From: an uncultured Candidatus Binatia bacterium
GTDB taxonomy: Bacteria; Desulfobacterota; Binatia; UBA9968; JAJDTQ01
Assembly: GCA_965242525.1 (NCBI GenBank)
Contig: OZ251459.1
Span: 2,752,001 to 2,816,000, forward strand
DNA: 64,000 nucleotides
Reading direction: 5' to 3'
Position numbers and translations under genes: made by a program. The notes beneath the pieces are model-generated. The model was not told the DNA's origin. It did not search any database and saw only the letters and a list, made by a program, of their open reading frames with translations. Positions 60,639 through 64,000 of this stretch are shown piece after piece (within the stretch, counting starts at the first letter, position 1; the number at the start of each line of letters is the position of its first letter).

Positions 60639-60982
60639 CGGACGCGAACGAACAGGTCACCTTCGAGGAGTTCCGGCGGATACGGATCCATGCCGGCACC
60701 GTCGTGGAGGCGGCGCCCAATCCCAAGGCGCGGACGCCGGCCTACGTGCTGCGCATCGACTTCGGGCCGCTGGGGATGCGCACGAGTTCCGCCCAGGTCA
60801 CCCGGAACCATACACCGGAGCAGTTGGTGGGCCGGCAGGTGGTGGCGGTGCTGAACTTCCCGCCCAAGCGGGTGGCGGGAGTCAAGTCCGAGGTCCTGGT
60901 GCTCGGGGCGGTGGACGAAGCGGACGGCGTAGTGCTGCTCCAGCCGACGTTCCCGGTGGCCAACGGCTCCCCCGTGGCCTGA
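60635..60982 (+). CDS. csaA: CsaA-like tRNA-binding / export chaperone
   Basis: TFEEF, IDFGPLG..SSAQVT, NFPPKRVAGVKSEVLVLG. Confidence 0.88.
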   Translation: MTDANEQVTFEEFRRIRIHAGTVVEAAPNPKARTPAYVLRIDFGPLGMRTSSAQVTRNHTPEQLVGRQVVAVLNFPPKRVAGVKSEVLVLGAVDEADGVVLLQPTFPVANGSPVA

Positions 60983-60989
60983 GTACGGA

Positions 60990-61072
60990 CTCCCTCCCCC
61001 TGTGGGAAAGCGTGTCCTTCGACTTCGCTGCGCTACGCTCAGGACGAACGGAGACGATCGTTCCGGGTTTCC
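60990..61072 (-). repeat. Partial MITE A / REP core between convergent genes
   Basis: CCTTCGACTTCGCTGCGCTACGCTCAGGACGAACGG followed by degenerate TIR ATCGTTCCGGGTTTCC. Confidence 0.75.
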
Positions 61073-61095
61073 TGCACCGCCCTTGCGCGCACGCC

Positions 61096-63375
<2,280 letters not shown>

Positions 63376-63482
63376 AGCAGGAGCCTTTCCCTAGCCGGAA
63401 TGACGTTCGGACGGCCCCTCTTGCAGCGCTGCAACTCGGAGGCCCCGCTTCGGCGCTCATGGACGAGTCCGAACGGAAGGAG

Positions 63483-63559
63483 TGGTCGGGGCGACTGGAT
63501 TTGAACCAGCGACTTCACGGACCCGAACCGTGCGCTCTACCAGGCTGAGCCACGCCCCG
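63483..63559 (-). tRNA. tRNA-Pro (anticodon CGG)
   Basis: CGGGGCGTGGCTCAGCCTGGTAGAGCGCACGGTTCGGGTCCGTGAAGTCGCTGGTTCAAATCCAGTCGCCCCGACCA; 77 nt cloverleaf with encoded CCA. Confidence 0.96.
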
Positions 63560-63652
63560 ACTCCCGGTCCGACTGGACCTTGGGTTGAGAAATATCTAGC
63601 ACACGAGCAGCGCAAGGTAAAATCATGCAGCCCGCCGGGGAGGCACGACTTG

Positions 63653-63793
63653 GGAAACCCTGAACAATCGGGACAGAGAGCATGAGAGCGTCCTTCGACT
63701 TCGCTTCGCTACGCTCAGGACGAACGGAAATAGGGACGTCAGGGTGAAGGAATCGGGAATCCATCCTGGATGCCTCGATTGTTCAGATGTTCC
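63653..63793. mobile_element. MITE family A copy
   Basis: GGAAACCCTGAACAATCG ... CGATTGTTCAGATGTTCC; closely similar to the 39993 copy. Confidence 0.82.
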
Positions 63794-63797
63794 TTAT

Positions 63798-63893
63798 GGA
63801 AACCCTGAACAATTATCCCCGTTCGTCCTGAGCGTAGCGAAGCGAAGTCGAAGGACGCGCCTTCCCACAGGGAGAGGGAGTTCAAGCCGGAAT
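63798..63893. mobile_element. MITE family A copy, right TIR missing or degenerate
   Basis: GGAAACCCTGAACAATT, then the reverse complement of the 17084 copy; separated from the previous copy by TTAT. Confidence 0.72.
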
Positions 63894-64000
63894 TCAGGGA
63901 AAGTCGAAAGAGGCGCTCCACGAGGTCGGCAAAGACCGCGAAAAGGGGCGTGCGGACGCCGCAAGCGGCAACGAACTATTGCTGAGGCTGGGGACTACTT

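Overview
High-GC bacterial chromosome segment. The gene order xerC-hslVU-argBDFGH-lysA-dapFAB suggests a Deltaproteobacteria-like lineage (inference only). Core blocks: a hydantoinase/oxoprolinase cluster (1-5.9 kb); hflKC and small metabolic genes (18.4-25.5 kb); the xerC-hslVU-arg-dap operon (25.5-41.7 kb); a split Rieske/cytochrome b complex with an octaheme cytochrome c and a cupredoxin-like protein (42-48 kb); csaA, a Cu P-type ATPase and tRNA-Pro(CGG) at the end. Three accessory patches look more A/T-rich. (i) 5.9-18.4 kb: a lipoprotein, a probable type III Druantia pair (druH-druE), and a Clp-fold serine protease with a small partner ORF. (ii) 26.4-28.7 kb: a translationally coupled ParA-like ATPase / unknown protein / HEPN-like cassette between xerC and hslV, the best candidate here for an undescribed defence or toxin system. 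(iii) 49-60.6 kb: four ABC/AAA-type ATPase-partner modules, most missing or with a truncated partner, around four glycosyltransferases. Two families of TIR-bounded miniature elements carrying interchangeable REP-like cores are scattered through the window. All assignments come from motif recognition by eye; no database searches were run.
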